DNA of 64,000 nt from Camelus dromedarius (taxonomy: Eukaryota), in the NCBI RefSeq assembly GCF_036321535.1, contig NC_087472.1, positions 95,978,001-96,042,000 on the forward strand, read 5' to 3'. This document shows positions 60,651 through 64,000 of the stretch, in pieces; position 1 is the stretch's first letter, and each line of letters opens with the position of its first letter. The notes under the pieces are model-generated. The model searched no databases. It saw only the letters and a list, made by a program, of their open reading frames with translations, and had not been told where the DNA came from. The translations under genes and the position numbers were made by a program.

Positions 60651-63600
60651 AGGGGCTTCGCACTTTCTTCTGCATTGTGATGAGAAATGTGTACAGGCTT
60701 TCCCACGTGAAGATGCTTTGTGACTGGAACACGCGGCAGTATCTATCTATCATCATCTAGCCTCTCTGACCAATGAGAACAGAGTCTCAGAGGGACTTGC
60801 TTGCTCAAAACCAAACACAGCAAACACGCAAGTGGGTGAGTATGGCCCCCCGTGTCTCCAGTCTGGGCTTTCTCCAGCACATACTCAGGCTTTTCCATGT
60901 GGCGTCTGCACCCAGAGCAGATCCTTTCTCTTGTTTACTACTAAGGAATCACGAGTTTGGCCTCGCAAGCTCAAGTTCTAGTCTTACTGGAGTCGTTACC
61001 TAAGGCTTTCGTCTCAAGCTTGCAGGTCACAAGCAAGGTCATTTGTCTCCATTTCCCTCCACAGTACACACACTCAGCAAATATTACTCAAAGAATTTCT
61101 GGCTATGAGGCAAGAATGAGTAAATGAATTAAATATATTCACCCGCTCGAAGCCAATCTTCTGAAAACAAAGTTATTTTTTTCTGCCCTGTCAGGACACC
61201 ATTAAAGAAGAAACACTGATTTTTCCTGTAATTCAGTTATCAGCTGTCCACTGCATCATGCCATGCAGTCCAACTTAAATAGAACATACACCCTACCCCG
61301 GTGGCCAGTGCACAGGAATATTACATGTGGCCTTAAGAACAATGCACATTATTAATAGCCCGTGAGCTTATTCCCTTCCCTAAGGGCCCCTCCTCCCCGC
61401 CTGCAGAAGGCACACCACTCTCCTGCACAGGGCTGAAAATATAGTCTGTGGTTAAGTCAGCAGGGGCGAAAAGCCCCTGAAACAAATATAGCCAAATGTC
61501 TGACACTCCAAATTATGACAGAAACCTAATATCTTTGCTCCATGCCCATCCCCAGTCCTTAGCCCTCGGGCAAAAAAATCTCAACACTAGTCTCAAAAGA
61601 GCCTATCTTTTGATGTAAAACAACAAAGCCAATAAAACCAGGTAATAAAAGTAAATCCAAACCTGAAAAGAACAATTCCAAACACCACACATAAATCATT
61701 TCTGGAAATCACTCATGCTCTGCTGCTCTTTAAAAAACCCAGAGAGTCGCTTCAGTTACATTCTATTTCATTTCACTTTTTAAAAGAGGAAGGGAATTTC
61801 AAAGAAAAATTTATTTTTAATTTTGAGACCCTGATACATTCAAGTTTAAAAGGGACATCAGCTAATTCACCCACAAAAATTAGTAATAAAAAGGAAACAA
61901 GGACAGCTGTCCAACCCAACACTGGCACCAAATTTCAAAGTAGGTACAAAATCTCTAAGACGATGACTACAGGGCTCAGGAATCTCTGGCTTAAAATCAA
62001 ACAGCTTCTTAACACATACACACATACATAAAGTCATCCTCCCTGCCTTCCAAAACTCCCACAACTTACTGAACTCAGCTCACTGTAATTTCACACAGTA
62101 TTTACGATACAGCAAATTGACACAGGCTCACGTTGCCTACTGAAATGATGAAACACAATCAGAAGGCACTAATTCTATTAGCCTGCCCTCAGTTAACCAG
62201 TCCTGAGCCAGAATCAACCCAACCAACATGTTTTGTTTTTAAATTGGAGGTGGCTGTGTCTCTAAAGAGCCTGGCTGTACTGTTGGGAAGAGTCCACTCA
62301 AGCCACCAGACGGCATGGGCTGCCGATTCTTCCAATTAGCAAGATGTGTACCCGGCACGGCTAAACTAAGAGGACGGTGTAGTGACATCTTGTACACCAT
62401 CAGATTCAAATGCTGGGGCAGCTGATCCTTTTGAGGGGTGGGAAAATCTCCAAGGTTGTCAAGTGCAACCACATCACCCTTAACCTACTACCTGGGCAGA
62501 TGAGTAAAGGGAAAGTTGGAAAAAGATCAGTATTTTGGTTCGCAGTGATCCCTTCTCTGCAATCCTTCTGTATCTGCAATTTGAGAAGCGGGGGCGGGGG
62601 ATGAGGGAAAAAAAGTAAAGTTATATATTTTCCTTTTTCCTTAACAGTAGTATTATCCAGGAAATTACCTAGACAGACTGACTGTGGAACCAAACAATTA
62701 AACCTTACAGTACCAGTTTGTATGCCACTGGTGAACAGTAGCTAATAACTTCACACTTTTCTTTTTGTGTCTTAACGAGGAGGGAATGGCGCTTTCGAAA
62801 TCATTACTGCTCTGTCATCTTGGTTCACTGCCAAAGCAAGGAGCTTTAGAACACCTGTCAAATAACATGCGGCTTGTGAAAAAGAAACATACACCGAAAC
62901 AGGTTTATAGAAAATGTTCACATATGTAGAAAGAGGAATGAGTTTGGGTTAACAAAGTCACTCACTCTGATGAGGGGTGGGGAAGAAAGAAAGAGATTTC
63001 CAGGACTCAGTTTCTGTGACTCACGTCAGAGTAATGAAACTCCATCTGTCTGAGCGGAGACCAGTGGCGCTGACACAAGGTGAGTCTGGTAGTGTTTATC
63101 TTCCCATCCTTAGCCATAGTCCCAGGGGTTTCAGTAATTAAATGGGCAAAATGTTGAAGCAAAAATACATCCCTGACTTCTCAAATGAGAGTGCCCAGTA
63201 AAAATGTATAAAGTATCCTTTTTCTTGTTCTGAGTATCCAGGCCATTCTTGTAAACTCAAAACAGGTTTAAATATCACGAGCCTATGTTAAAAAATGCAT
63301 CTCCTCCACATCTACCCATCTGTAACTGCAGAAACTACGAGGCCAGTGTGCTCCCAGAGTCACAGCAAACTAGCACCCACTCTGTGGAGGCACAGGGCTG
63401 GGTGCTGGGGAGGGGGGGGGGACACCAAAACATAATACATAGTGATCCCTGACAAACTGCACGAAGTGGAGACTGGGGAACACGGAAACAATTTGAGGCT
63501 GTAGGCTTTTCTTTTGTTTTGCTATTTGGTCAATTAATAGAAAACTTTAAAGCAGTCATACTACTTTTTGCAGACCCACTCGGAAATCTAATAGTAAAAC

Positions 63601-64000
63601 ATTCAATGTGTGGGTTTTTAAAAGGCCCTAATGTAAAGTGAGAATAAGGAAATTCCACCTTCCTTAACTAAACAGACCCTGGCACTTTTAAGGTTAGTAC
63701 TGAGGAGATTCTGAAGATGGGGGAGGCCAGCCCACAAAGCCCCAGGACCACCTGTCACTGCGCTAACATAACACCCAATGGTACGATGTGTGAGGAGGCG
63801 GGGTGTGGGGCACTCCTTACCAAAGACTTGCTCACAGATCACAGCCCATTTCAAGGGTAGGACCTGACCTCGTCTCCCTCTTCCTCTACCTCTAACATCG
63901 CCACCTGGGTCCTCCTAAACTGGTACCTATTGATATTCAAAACCCAAAGAGCACACAGAAGCACATGCCCAGGCATCTGGGAGGTCCTAGTTTCCAACCA

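Larger units (their letters stand above)
20877..64000 (-). other. POLA1: Very large POLA1 intron (over 43 kb within the window; upstream exon lies outside)
   Basis: No POLA1-like coding sequence found above 20876. Consistent with the large intron recalled before human exon 27. Confidence 0.85.

Noticed and set aside
59465..60756. Chain of + strand ORFs
   Set aside because: Explained by the decayed L2 and the nested L1 fragment.
20877..64000. Truncated or pseudogenised POLA1, suggested by the missing upstream exons
   Set aside because: All six exons are intact and in phase, and a very large intron at this position is the expected gene structure.

Overview
Mammalian genomic DNA, most likely from a camelid (two tRNA-Ala-derived vic-1-like SINEs). 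It covers part of the DNA polymerase alpha catalytic subunit gene POLA1 (X-linked in placental mammals) on the minus strand. Six coding exons are present (33, 93, 206, 133, 132 and 175 nt; exons 27-32 in human numbering, recalled). They have canonical GT-AG sites and consistent phases, and they encode the B-family palm motif YGDTDS, the KKKYA and KGLD motifs and the thumb. Everything above 20876 is one intron of more than 43 kb. The rest is intronic: old repeats (L1M, L2, MIR, Charlie1-like, MER3, MER20, MADE2, two solo ERVL LTRs with intact TSDs), two younger SINEs, and several repeat-free, TAAT-rich blocks that look like conserved enhancers of the POLA1/ARX regulatory block. Nearly all ORF-track entries are spurious. 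I found no evidence of a new gene system. The best leads are a probable ultraconserved element near 24 kb, further candidate CNEs, a 26-bp hairpin that pairs fully only on the transcribed strand, a nuclear-receptor motif cluster and candidate recursive-splice sites. Repeat names come from pattern recognition, not a database search, and repeat boundaries are approximate unless TSDs are given.
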